Source: Nitrospirota bacterium
GTDB taxonomy: Bacteria; Nitrospirota; UBA9217
Length of the DNA stretch: 64,000 bases
Assembly (NCBI GenBank): GCA_963751455.1
Contig: CAVVUN010000015.1
Coordinates: 768,001 to 832,000, forward strand
Reading direction: 5' to 3'
Under the pieces are notes generated by a model. The model had not been told where the DNA came from, ran no database searches, and worked only from the letters and a program-made list of their open reading frames with translations. Position 1 is the stretch's first letter. Each line of letters begins with the position of its first letter. Below, piece by piece: positions 19,410-28,256 of the stretch. A program made the position numbers and the translations under genes.

Positions 19410-20390
19410 TTATTTTCTTTTGATTAAACTCTTGATCCACGACATGCTTGATTCTATAACCCATATCCGTTGCTGATCGAGAGATTGCGGCCGTGCACCG
19501 CTTCCGGCACCATGGCTTCGTGGATTTCTCAAGGACGAAAAAAGATGTCTTATCGCATCTGCTTCCCATATTTCAATATATCTGCCGTTTTTTGTGCTCA
19601 CCAAGTTATCGACGTAATTTGAAGTGCCTTTTTCTTGACCAGTAGTCCAACCATTTGCATCGGATATTATCTTAATTGCACTTTCCAATGCCTGAAGAGC
19701 GTACACGACAGCATCGTCTTTTCCAGCATCTCGCCTGTCAAGAGCTTCCTTCATTTCCTTATCTACATTTGCCCATTTCTTATCAGAAACAAGAGCCCAA
19801 AAGGGTTTTTCAATTTCCTTGTCAGTTAACTCGTCCTCAACAAGTTGAATATAGCCGTTATGATATGCTAGCGGCAAATTCGCTTCTCTAAACCTTTCAT
19901 TTAGCTCATTGACTGACAATGCAAAATCTTCTACTTTCCCTTTGGAATTCACCGGGTCTGCTTTCGCTTTTGAAAGCATTGAAGCTAAAATGCCTAGTTT
20001 GTTAGCAGCGTTTTCTTTTTTTAGATAGTCCTCGGCGCCTCGGAACAACAACTCAATAAGCCCGATTCTCTTTTTAAGAAAGTAGTCTGGATCACCATGG
20101 CTATTGTTCCATAAATCATAATTTTCAAATATAAGTCTCAGGCATATTTCTTCATACGTTTTTCCTTCACCAAGCCGTCCAATACCATATTCCCTCGATA
20201 GCCTGTCATGTGCGGCTTTATATAAGTCATCTTTGATTGAAATTGAAATGAACAAATCCTGATCAATAATTTGTCCAGCCTGGCTCAAACATCGCCGAAG
20301 AGTATACGGAAATTGATCTCCGTATAGGAGACGGTAGGGATATCTTTTATGGAATGCATCGGTAAGCATTTTAGTTTCCAATAACTCCAC
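19410..20390 (-). CDS. AbiJ-NTD4-like protein with C-terminal HEPN (abortive infection-type)
   Basis: MLTDAFHKRY start resembles AbiJ_NTD4; ELNERFREANLPLAYHNGYIQ; HEPN RxxxxH motif RNPRSH. Confidence 0.72.
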   Translation of the reverse strand: MELLETKMLTDAFHKRYPYRLLYGDQFPYTLRRCLSQAGQIIDQDLFISISIKDDLYKAAHDRLSREYGIGRLGEGKTYEEICLRLIFENYDLWNNSHGDPDYFLKKRIGLIELLFRGAEDYLKKENAANKLGILASMLSKAKADPVNSKGKVEDFALSVNELNERFREANLPLAYHNGYIQLVEDELTDKEIEKPFWALVSDKKWANVDKEMKEALDRRDAGKDDAVVYALQALESAIKIISDANGWTTGQEKGTSNYVDNLVSTKNGRYIEIWEADAIRHLFSSLRNPRSHGAGSGARPQSLDQQRIWVIESSMSWIKSLIKRK

Positions 20391-20721
20391 CGAGTGAAAC
20401 GTGGTGGGAGCGCTGATCTTTCGCTTTGCTATGCAATCTCATTTATCAATTTCAGGAGCGACTAGTTTACCTCCTGCATCGAAAGCATACCAAGTTCCTT
20501 CGACAGCAAAAAACGTCAGGCTCTCTCCTTGGTCTTTTAAAGTCCATTTATATTTGGACTCATCTATTTATCGCCGCGAAACTTGTCTTTCGAAATACGA
20601 TGTATTACCCGAAGAATGAACTACTTTATCTGCGCGCTTTACCATGTTGTCAATTGTTAGACGACCGTCTCGTTTCGAAGCACGTGTATATTCTGATTGA
20701 GTCTGTCGTATCTGGACGTTA

Positions 20722-20837
20722 TCGGGTAGAACGAAGTGAAACCCGACATTTTTCCATTATCCATGCTATTCATCGTCACTTCCAATATTCCAGCCTACAG
20801 ACGTCGGGTTTCACCAAAAACGTTCTACCCGACCTAC
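20722..20837. repeat. Inverted pair of GTAG-type REP-like palindromes (REPIN-like)
   Basis: TCGGGTAGAACG..GTGAAACCCGAC and its inverse GTCGGGTTTCAC...CGTTCTACCCGACCTAC. Confidence 0.6.
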
Positions 20838-20918
20838 CGGCTCTTTTTTCAAAGAGTAGGTAGCGCCTATATTAGGCTATCAATTGGCTAATTCGGCTCT
20901 ATCATTCATGTTTGTCCT

Positions 20919-22640
20919 TCAGAAGCGGAATCCAAATAGTCCACCATCATCTTTAGCATCGGTCAAGACGACAGGCAAGACATATTCGCGAAGATCAAAC
21001 CCGTCCGTCTTTTCCTTGAAGGCGTCGTCCTCGTTCATCGTCACAATGTATTGGAACCCTAGTTCACGGGCTGTCTCCGCCCCGACCTTCAATGCACTGA
21101 TGACTTGGCGGCCATCAACGCCATCAAAAAGATGACTGTCGTGGATCAGAAACCCCGGGCTGATTCGGCGCCTCGCGCATAAGCGCATGAGCATTAGGTC
21201 AAAGCAGAATATCTGCATATTCTTGATACCTTTGCTGCGGGAGCCTTGCATCGGGAACTGAAAAACGGGTCCGTTTGAGGTCTCCTCGATTGTCATACTA
21301 CCTGCCGACTCATAAAGACGCCTTGAGGTGGCCTCGAACGCAAGAATGGCTTCTGACAATCGCTGATTTTGTTCAGAGAAATCGCGGCGAAGTCTCAGCG
21401 TCAGCCGATTGCGCTCAATTTCCAATTCATTCTTTGTGCCTTCTAACTGCTCAGCTGCCTCAAAACGTTGCCGCAGGGACTCGACTTCAGACTCCAATCG
21501 CCCAGTCTCACCCTGCAGTTTGGCGAACTGATCCAGTGCGCCATGGCTCTGTAAAATCCCCATGATTTCTGAGCGACGTTGGTCAAGACGTTGCTTTTCT
21601 TGTTCGCGAGATGTGATACGTTGTCTGGCGGCCAGCAATTCTTCGGATAGATAGTCGTGTCGATTGCGAACCACAGACTCGTGAAAGCTTCGCACTTCAT
21701 CGTAGCGTTTGATGGCCACCCCTGGCAGCACTACCCCAGCTTCAGCATAAATAGCTTCCAATGCTATCAATGGCGGTGGAGCTTCAACTTGCATTGCCGA
21801 CTCCAAGTCACGAATCGATGCAGCATCGATAGTGTCATCGTTGGAAATCGAGTTAAGTTGCCGCGTAACCTGATTTGCTTCCCCTTCAAGTTCACGGTAT
21901 TGTGGCAGCACAAGGAAGGCGCCGATCTGACCCCTGAGTTCGTTCAAACGAGCCTCGGCGACGGTAAGTTGAGTGCGCAGGTCCGCCGCTTTCCCTATGA
22001 TGTTTCCGAAAGCTCCGATTCCTGCCGCTTGCTTCAGGACGGCCAAAGTTTTTTCGCGGTCGCGCACTTGTTGCCAATCGCTCGCAATCTTCCAGTCCAA
22101 GCCAAGAAGAAACAGCAAAGCCACTTGATAATCACCGGCTTGCTGCATAGTCGCCTGCTTCTCAGGCGTGGTGAAGGCACCACTGAGCTGACGACGAACA
22201 AAGTAGGCAAAGAGCGAGCGGAAGGACGGAGAGCGGCCGGTACCCTCTGGAATTGTCTTCAAGCCAAACATCTGTTCACCGAGAAGCGCCACCAACTCGG
22301 AGTTGGAAAGTTTGGTATTTCCTTTCAAAAAACTTTCTCCAGAAACATGAATTTTGGACTTAGCCTTCCCACAACGCTCAGCAGATATCATTTCTCCACC
22401 TAGGTCGAGCTCCATGCCAAACGTCTCATCGGCCAGGGCATCAATGCGGAAAAGTGATTCCTTTCCAGCTTCTGCTCCAGTGAGGAAATGAACGATTTCG
22501 ATCAGGCTACTTTTGCCCGCTCGGTTACGGGTCTGCTTTTCGCTCGCTCCTGCTTCCTTCTGTGCCAGCAATACGTTAAGGCCGGGCTTGAATTCAAGCG
22601 TCTTGAAGGTTGACAGGCTGCTATATATGCGATGAATCAT
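20919..22640 (-). CDS. lmuB: Lamassu/ABC-three-component SMC-like ATPase (DUF2326)
   Basis: Walker A RNRAGKSS; long coiled coil; SKG signature; Walker B FLIHDSHLFDGVD. Confidence 0.85.
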   Translation of the reverse strand: MIHRIYSSLSTFKTLEFKPGLNVLLAQKEAGASEKQTRNRAGKSSLIEIVHFLTGAEAGKESLFRIDALADETFGMELDLGGEMISAERCGKAKSKIHVSGESFLKGNTKLSNSELVALLGEQMFGLKTIPEGTGRSPSFRSLFAYFVRRQLSGAFTTPEKQATMQQAGDYQVALLFLLGLDWKIASDWQQVRDREKTLAVLKQAAGIGAFGNIIGKAADLRTQLTVAEARLNELRGQIGAFLVLPQYRELEGEANQVTRQLNSISNDDTIDAASIRDLESAMQVEAPPPLIALEAIYAEAGVVLPGVAIKRYDEVRSFHESVVRNRHDYLSEELLAARQRITSREQEKQRLDQRRSEIMGILQSHGALDQFAKLQGETGRLESEVESLRQRFEAAEQLEGTKNELEIERNRLTLRLRRDFSEQNQRLSEAILAFEATSRRLYESAGSMTIEETSNGPVFQFPMQGSRSKGIKNMQIFCFDLMLMRLCARRRISPGFLIHDSHLFDGVDGRQVISALKVGAETARELGFQYIVTMNEDDAFKEKTDGFDLREYVLPVVLTDAKDDGGLFGFRF

Positions 22641-22876
22641 GATCTTTTCCGGGTCAGAAGCCCATCCTCCATTTTAATAACATCGATAAGGTAAAGAAGA
22701 TCCAGAGCGAGCACAAACACGTCATAGCTCATAAAAAAGTGCGGTGAATTTCCAACTCTAGTCAATTCCTCCCAGAGTGCGGAAACCGTCTTGGGTTGGT
22801 GTAATTGCCGCAAAATCCGCCCACCTACTGTGAGCAGTGCCCGCTCCTGGGACAGGTGCTTGGAAGGTAGAATCAT
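22637..22876 (-). CDS. lmuC: ABC-3C middle component (MC6-like)
   Basis: MILPSKH...ALL.VG..IL...FVLALDLLY pattern; ATGA overlaps on both sides. Confidence 0.8.
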   Translation of the reverse strand: MILPSKHLSQERALLTVGGRILRQLHQPKTVSALWEELTRVGNSPHFFMSYDVFVLALDLLYLIDVIKMEDGLLTRKRS

Positions 22877-23775
22877 GGCGCTACCTGCCGCGGTTCCTCG
22901 AAAATATCACAACGCTCAAAGTAATAGGCCATAACGGTCAGAACTGCCATCTCATGCTCGGGAAGGCCTCGTTCTACCCCACCCGCCCACGCTTGGAGTT
23001 CAGCAAAAATTAAGTTGGGGGTAAGATCGTGACGTAGTGACTCATATTTGGTCCGAAACGACTTAGCAATGCGTTCACCCAACATGGTATCATGCCACTG
23101 CTCAAAGAATCGGGCAACCAAAGGCGCCTTGATCATACCTTCTCTCAGCAATGTCGCCACACTGTCTGATAAGGAATTCGCCTCGATTTTGCCGCGCGGC
23201 ACATCTTTCACCGGTTGACCGGGTGCTACCGCTTGATCGGATAAATGTTCAAGAACCACCTGCAAGTCCTTGAACCCGAGTCTGGCTTTGGTTTCTGCCG
23301 TTGGCGCGGGGCCAAACCAAACCACTAAATCATCCGAGGATAGACGGCGGAAAACAAGACGAAACTCCTCCAGACACCAAGGTGCCAGTGTGATACCAGG
23401 ATTCGCCTGCTCGAAATCTAACAATAATGTCTGAACATGGGGCGGCAGACCATCTACCGCATTATGGGCGAAGACCCATTTGTCGAAATGGCTTCTCCAA
23501 TGCACCTTGGCCCCCTCGAAATCCTCCTGAATTTTCAAGACGGCTTTTGCCTCAGTCATTTCGTTCGGAGCATAAACCTGAAAAAGCCGACGTTCGGATT
23601 TGAGAAAGCCATCATTTTTGCGATCTCCTCGGTTGCCCCAAGGACGGCAGGCCATGAAGTCGGCCTTGTAGGCAAAGCCCATCAGTTTCTCAAAGAAATC
23701 CTGAAAGGCGTCTCCCTTCGCCCGAATGAATCCGTTCTCGAACTTCTGCTCGTAGTAGGCTTGCTGAAGGTTCAT
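22873..23775 (-). CDS. lmuA: Lamassu effector: nuclease-like N-terminus plus ABC-3C CTD
   Basis: FQDFF..LM, GDRKNDG, FQVYAP nuclease-like motifs; C-terminal KIEAN.L...YYFERCDIFE. Confidence 0.78.
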   Translation of the reverse strand: MNLQQAYYEQKFENGFIRAKGDAFQDFFEKLMGFAYKADFMACRPWGNRGDRKNDGFLKSERRLFQVYAPNEMTEAKAVLKIQEDFEGAKVHWRSHFDKWVFAHNAVDGLPPHVQTLLLDFEQANPGITLAPWCLEEFRLVFRRLSSDDLVVWFGPAPTAETKARLGFKDLQVVLEHLSDQAVAPGQPVKDVPRGKIEANSLSDSVATLLREGMIKAPLVARFFEQWHDTMLGERIAKSFRTKYESLRHDLTPNLIFAELQAWAGGVERGLPEHEMAVLTVMAYYFERCDIFEEPRQVAP

Positions 23776-23790
23776 GATTGAGATACCCTT

Positions 23791-23916
23791 TCACCTGACA
23801 GGCTTTGACTCCGCACCCCTGCCAAAGTGGTGAATCTTTTTCTCGAAGCGCTCAAACAGCTGACTGTTGGCGACTATGAGGAACTGCTCTACTTTGATCT
23901 CGGCGACGATTTGACC
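23791..23916 (-). pseudogene. Remnant C-terminus of a type I/IIG RM methylase-specificity fusion
   Basis: Translates as QIVAEIKVEQFLIVANSQLFERFEKKI, resembling the HsdS-like terminal helix; no start codon. Confidence 0.45.
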
Positions 23917-24217
23917 AAATCCGACGTTGTTTCTATTCTATTTGTGCTTTTTTAAACTAAGGAAATAAAATGCTGGGAGGTTTCAGCGAAATGGAAAAAG
24001 TCTTCAATGGTGTTTCTCCCTGCGGCTATCAAGGCTGTGCCCCTGATCCTTCCTGAGGATACTGGATTTTGGAGCTAGGGGCAAGGGAAATTGTAAAGCC
24101 GACGTGAGACGATGAGGTGACCAGACACGACGGAGAGGCGGCCCTAATCTAAATCAGATGCATCAATTACGGGATGCAATCTGAAGCAGCGACTATGAAC
24201 GCCATCTTGCAGATTTC

Positions 24218-24584
24218 AGGAAGCCCTTTGTGCGCATGCCCTGCTCTATAGACCCCGGTGGTGTCCTGTCAGCTTGCCATGGCGCCTGCAGGACTGCTGC
24301 CTTCCGCTGGGTCGATTGCGTCGGCTTTCCCTCCGATGTTCCGAAGGTTATCCTGATGACCACGACTATACATATTTCGGGGCTCAATAACACGGCCTGC
24401 AAACTTGTTCCGCCCGGCTCCGTACCTTCTCTCACGGGAACGCACGCAGGCTTCGCTACCGACCTGCCTGCTCAGCTTTGATCGGATGGGACTTGAGTCG
24501 TTTCGACTCTCACCCACTGGATAACAACGACAGATTTCATAGAATAATTCTATTCCCTCCGCCTCGGATTTACCTTGGCGCGAC
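24218..24584 (-). mobile_element. Group II intron 5' fragment (domain I) without an RT ORF
   Basis: Minus strand GTCGCGCCAAGG...CCAGTGGGTGAGAGTC...GCAGGTCGGTAGCGAAGC...GGAAAGCCGACG...GCGGAAGGCAGCAGTCC...CACCGGGGTC..GAGCAGGGCATG, recognised as domain-I-like; no DV/DVI or RT seen. Confidence 0.6.
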
Positions 24585-24618
24585 GATCCGCTTGTTAGCC
24601 GGGCCTGCTCCGATAGGG

Positions 24619-25401
24619 CTACACCATCTCGCGGAAAACCTTCACAATCCTGGGATTCGCTACGTCGTCGTTGACCCGGACATGATACGAGTGGCCGTCC
24701 TTTAGCAGGTGTTCAGAGTAAATGAGATCAACGTTGCCGAAGTACGGACTGGCTTTGGAGAGAACCTCGTACTTCAGCTTCCAGAGCTTCTGGATTCGCA
24801 GTAATTCGCAGGTGAAGACCCGTATGGAGATCCGCTGTCCAGTCAGAATGACGCTACCGAGCGCGACTGAAGCTTTCGTTTTCTTGCGCCGTACACTCAC
24901 ATAGCTGAGTGCTGGGTTGACTGCGGACTTCGCCGAGTGCTTCGCGAGCTTGTCTACGGCCTTGTTGTGTGGGTCTTTCGCGTGGCCTTTCACCCATCGA
25001 AACTCAACCCGGCGCCCCGAGCTCTTGATTGCCTTGACGAGCTCCTTCCAGAGTTCCGCATTAAGCACTGGCGCTCCGGTTCGCCTGAGCCACCTGCTCT
25101 TTGGCCATTCGAACATCGCCTTCTGGTAGTTGTCACAGACGTACATCGAATCGCTGTGCACCACTATTTTGTGTAGTCCGTGAGCGAGTCCGCGACGTCT
25201 CGCCTCGTTAAGAGCGACAATGCACGCCTTGAGCTCCATCTGGTTGTTTGTTGCACATTTGTAACCGGGAGGGGACCAGTCCTCCGCTTGCTCGCACCCT
25301 AACTCATCAACGAGGACGAAACGCATGCCGATTCCGCCCCGTCGTGGAGAGCTGAATGACGAACCATCGGTGTAGATGTTGAGCGCCTTCTCGTCGAGCA
25401 C
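24619..25401 (-). CDS. Ribonuclease HI domain plus ~100-aa uncharacterised C-terminal domain
   Basis: YTDGS, TNNQMEL, SDSMYV, WVKGH..DPHNKAVDKLA: catalytic residues intact; extension after NPALS. Confidence 0.85.
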   Translation of the reverse strand: MLDEKALNIYTDGSSFSSPRRGGIGMRFVLVDELGCEQAEDWSPPGYKCATNNQMELKACIVALNEARRRGLAHGLHKIVVHSDSMYVCDNYQKAMFEWPKSRWLRRTGAPVLNAELWKELVKAIKSSGRRVEFRWVKGHAKDPHNKAVDKLAKHSAKSAVNPALSYVSVRRKKTKASVALGSVILTGQRISIRVFTCELLRIQKLWKLKYEVLSKASPYFGNVDLIYSEHLLKDGHSYHVRVNDDVANPRIVKVFREMV

Positions 25402-25437
25402 GCGAACCCTCCGCTCCCCCGACCAGAGCCCCCTGCT

Positions 25438-25500
25438 CCGGCCAAAGTAATTATCTAAACGAAAACGACCCAGTAATATGCAAAATCCGTTGTTAGCGGG
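25438..25500 (-). other. Putative attI-like site / cassette boundary
   Basis: TTGGCCGG at the cassette start is near-complementary to CCGGCTAAC after the stop; preceded by GCTAACAACGG...CGTTTAGATAATTA. Confidence 0.35.
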
Positions 25501-25549
25501 TTTTGCAAGACAAAGACCAGGAAAAATAAAAATGAGCTTATTTGCAAAG

Positions 25550-25578
25550 ACTATATGCCTGATTCAGGGTGCTGTCAA
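25550..25578 (-). promoter_or_regulatory. Near-consensus sigma70 promoter facing the defence array
   Basis: Minus strand TTGACA-17 nt-TATAGT. Confidence 0.7.
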
Positions 25579-25704
25579 CAGCGAGGGAGGGGTAATATTC
25601 GGGGGTATGCGTTAATAAATTCTGAATAAAGTGTGGACTGTTTCTAAAAATGGAAACTCCAATGCTACAGGAAGGAACTTCGCTTGTCACTGATTACAAC
25701 ATTT

Positions 25705-26328
25705 TTACCGGGTGCTGGTTCCAAAGGCGCGCTTCCATCGTTTCCGGGGATCATCAAAGTGAACTTCATTCGGGGAAAAACGTTCAGGCTCGACATCAGC
25801 TCCCGCCCATTGCAGAAAGTCTTCGTGCGATTTATGTCCTGGGTCCATGATCGCCTCAAGGAACTGCTGATATCCATATATGCCGGCGCAGTTCTCCGGC
25901 GGACAAGCCCTCTCACCGGCAATGCAGCGGGGATACTTCTTCTCCTTGTCTCTTGGCACTATCTTTTCAAACTTCACTGCGTGCTCCCAATTGTCGCCGT
26001 AATCATAAACATATGTCGCTGTGCTGTTCTTCGTTGAAAAATAGTCCGAGATGTTGTGATCCCAGCCCGGCAGGATGTCCAGATCGAACTCAGCGTCATC
26101 GTCCGGTATGCCTATTCGTTCTTTTGTTTGCGCTTGCGGGTTGTGAACGGCAAAATCATGCAAATGACAATCCTGCCAGCCCATTGCATCCTGCACGGCG
26201 ACATGCAAATCCCAAAAAGTATACGTTTCCGGGACCTGGATCGTGCGCCACACCGGCGGGTTGATCCCCTTTAAGGTGATTTTAAAATGATATACTCGTT
26301 CGGATTTCTTTTTCATGGGACGAAACAT
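25705..26328 (-). CDS. Plasmid pRiA4b ORF-3 family protein
   Basis: PPVWRTIQVP, LHVAVQDAMGWQDCHLH, YVYDYGDNWEH, GERACPPENC. Confidence 0.9.
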   Translation of the reverse strand: MFRPMKKKSERVYHFKITLKGINPPVWRTIQVPETYTFWDLHVAVQDAMGWQDCHLHDFAVHNPQAQTKERIGIPDDDAEFDLDILPGWDHNISDYFSTKNSTATYVYDYGDNWEHAVKFEKIVPRDKEKKYPRCIAGERACPPENCAGIYGYQQFLEAIMDPGHKSHEDFLQWAGADVEPERFSPNEVHFDDPRKRWKRAFGTSTR

Positions 26329-26375
26329 CTTGCGGGTTTTTGGTTCACTGCGTGCTTATTTTTCTCCGGCTTGCT

Positions 26376-27023
26376 TCACAATTTCTCAATCTGTTCTTCA
26401 GTCAGCCCTGAAAGTTTAGCAATGATCTTAATGTCGACGCCTTCCTGCTTCATGCCCTTTGCCATCTCAATTGCCTTTATCTTCTCGCCTTCCTTCCGCC
26501 CAATCTCGACGCCGATTTTCAGACCTCTCTGTTCTCCCAGCTTCTTCAGCCGCTCCTCTTCCTGTTTGAACTTGAGCACGTACTTCTTGCTTCTGCTCAG
26601 CTTCAGCAGGAGCCCCGAGTCCACAAAGCTGTAGTAGCTGGTCTCGCTGATGATAATATGGTCGATCACCGGGACGTCCAGGAACAGGCCGACCTGGTAC
26701 ATGCGGTCCGTGATGTCCTCGTCTTCCTTCGAAGGCTGAAGTTCGCCGCTGGGGTGGTTGTGGACCATGATCACCTTGACGGCCCGTTTCTGGAGGGCGA
26801 AGCTGAATATCTCCGTGGGATCGACAATGCTTTTTTTCCCGTTCCCCAGGCTGATCAGCTCTATGAGCAGGATCCTGTTGCTGTTTGACAGGCAGACGAC
26901 CCAGAAGTGCTCCTTGCTCCGGCCGATCTTGTTTTCGCGCAGCAGGACCTGCTGCATGATCAGGGATATATCGCGTGAGTTGAGCACCTGGATCTTTTGT
27001 TCACTGGTCAGTTTTACTCTCAT
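26376..27023 (-). CDS. RadC-like JAB domain protein with Rpn-type C-terminal tail
   Basis: EHFWV, HNHPSG...PSKED, VIDHIII; tail GLKIG..EG.K.KAIEMAK.M..G....IIAKLSGLTEEQIEKL. Confidence 0.85.
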   Translation of the reverse strand: MRVKLTSEQKIQVLNSRDISLIMQQVLLRENKIGRSKEHFWVVCLSNSNRILLIELISLGNGKKSIVDPTEIFSFALQKRAVKVIMVHNHPSGELQPSKEDEDITDRMYQVGLFLDVPVIDHIIISETSYYSFVDSGLLLKLSRSKKYVLKFKQEEERLKKLGEQRGLKIGVEIGRKEGEKIKAIEMAKGMKQEGVDIKIIAKLSGLTEEQIEKL

Positions 27024-27385
27024 GACGGCCCCTGTCTTGCACCCAGCGGTTATGAGCGCTACGCCGCGAATGCAGGGTGTTCCTTGTATTGGACTGGAAT
27101 ATGGAATGAAATGCTGAAAAACCGTTTCAATCGTTTACTTCTGCGTATTCTGTGGACAAACTTCGTCGCTGAAGTAACGATTATACCCAAAACCTGGACG
27201 CCAGGATCAACACTAATCATGAATGTGCTTTCTCTAACGGGGTAAAGCGAGAATAGCACAGAAAGGGCTTTGTTTCAATTGCGAATTGGTGAAAAGAGAT
27301 GTGTTTTTTGATTACGGAGATTCAGAAGTGCTGAATAGTAAACTCAGTTCTATGAAATAAAAAAGGAAAAGCGGATAGTTATCCG

Positions 27386-27826
27386 TTACAGTCCGAGAAA
27401 AGGATTTCTGACGGTGAGCCCGTTTTCTATGACCTGACCGTGCTGCAGATCCTCAGTATAGAGAATATCGCAGCCTGCTTCTATCGCGGAAGCTACAATG
27501 AGGCCGTCCCAGTAAGGGAACTTTAATTGAGAAGATATATCCAAGGCTTTTGTGATAGTCCCATCATTTATCAGCGTCACAGGATACAACTCGAATAAAT
27601 TTTTTACGATTTGCCGGAGAGAATCTATCTCGACGTTGAATTTTTTATTCATGACCCATATGAACTCATTGATAACCTGCGTGCTCAAGCAAACCGGCTC
27701 ATCTTCAAGCAGCGACAGCACAATGGTTTTCTTTTTGGTTTCCGTAACGGAATATGCATAAATCAGGACATTGGTATCGAGGAATATTTTAAATCTCCTC
27801 TCAACCATATGTATCGTCTCAGCCAT
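27386..27826 (-). CDS. vapC: PIN-domain toxin
   Basis: IFLDTNVLIY, STQVINE, WDGLIVASA, LYTEDLQHG. Confidence 0.9.
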   Translation of the reverse strand: MAETIHMVERRFKIFLDTNVLIYAYSVTETKKKTIVLSLLEDEPVCLSTQVINEFIWVMNKKFNVEIDSLRQIVKNLFELYPVTLINDGTITKALDISSQLKFPYWDGLIVASAIEAGCDILYTEDLQHGQVIENGLTVRNPFLGL

Positions 27827-28010
27827 ATATCTCTACCCTGTTGAATTTCCATTTTGACGTGTCTATCTTGACCGTGTCGATCATCAATTTTCTCCGGATG
27901 TCGCTCTCGATCTTGACCACTACTTCGACCATTTTATCCTTGAATTCATCTGGGAGATTCATATGCAAAACGCCGTTCTTGACTTTTACTTTTTCTTTAA
28001 CCACCGTCAT
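27819..28010 (-). CDS. Putative antitoxin
   Basis: RBS AAGGAGG; 63 aa ending WKFNRVEIYG; overlaps the PIN gene start. Confidence 0.75.
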   Translation of the reverse strand: MTVVKEKVKVKNGVLHMNLPDEFKDKMVEVVVKIESDIRRKLMIDTVKIDTSKWKFNRVEIYG

Positions 28011-28256
28011 TTCCGCCTCCTTAAAACCATGAAGCATGAATGCAACTACACTGCTTAAACTGATAATAACATAAAATCGGGACGAAAGGGAAGGCCTCTT
28101 TCTATCTGTCATCAGACGCTCTGTTTATTTTGCCGCCTCTGCCTCTTTTGAGCCTGCCTTCCGCCAGGGCTTTCTTCAGTTCGCAATGAGCACCGGCGGG
28201 ATGTTGTTGCACCCGCTGTGTTGATCTACTCAGGCCAGAGCCGTAAGATTCACCAA

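Noticed and set aside
25580-25705. Integron integrase next to the attI-like site
   Set aside because: No tyrosine recombinase ORF or RHRY motifs on either strand.
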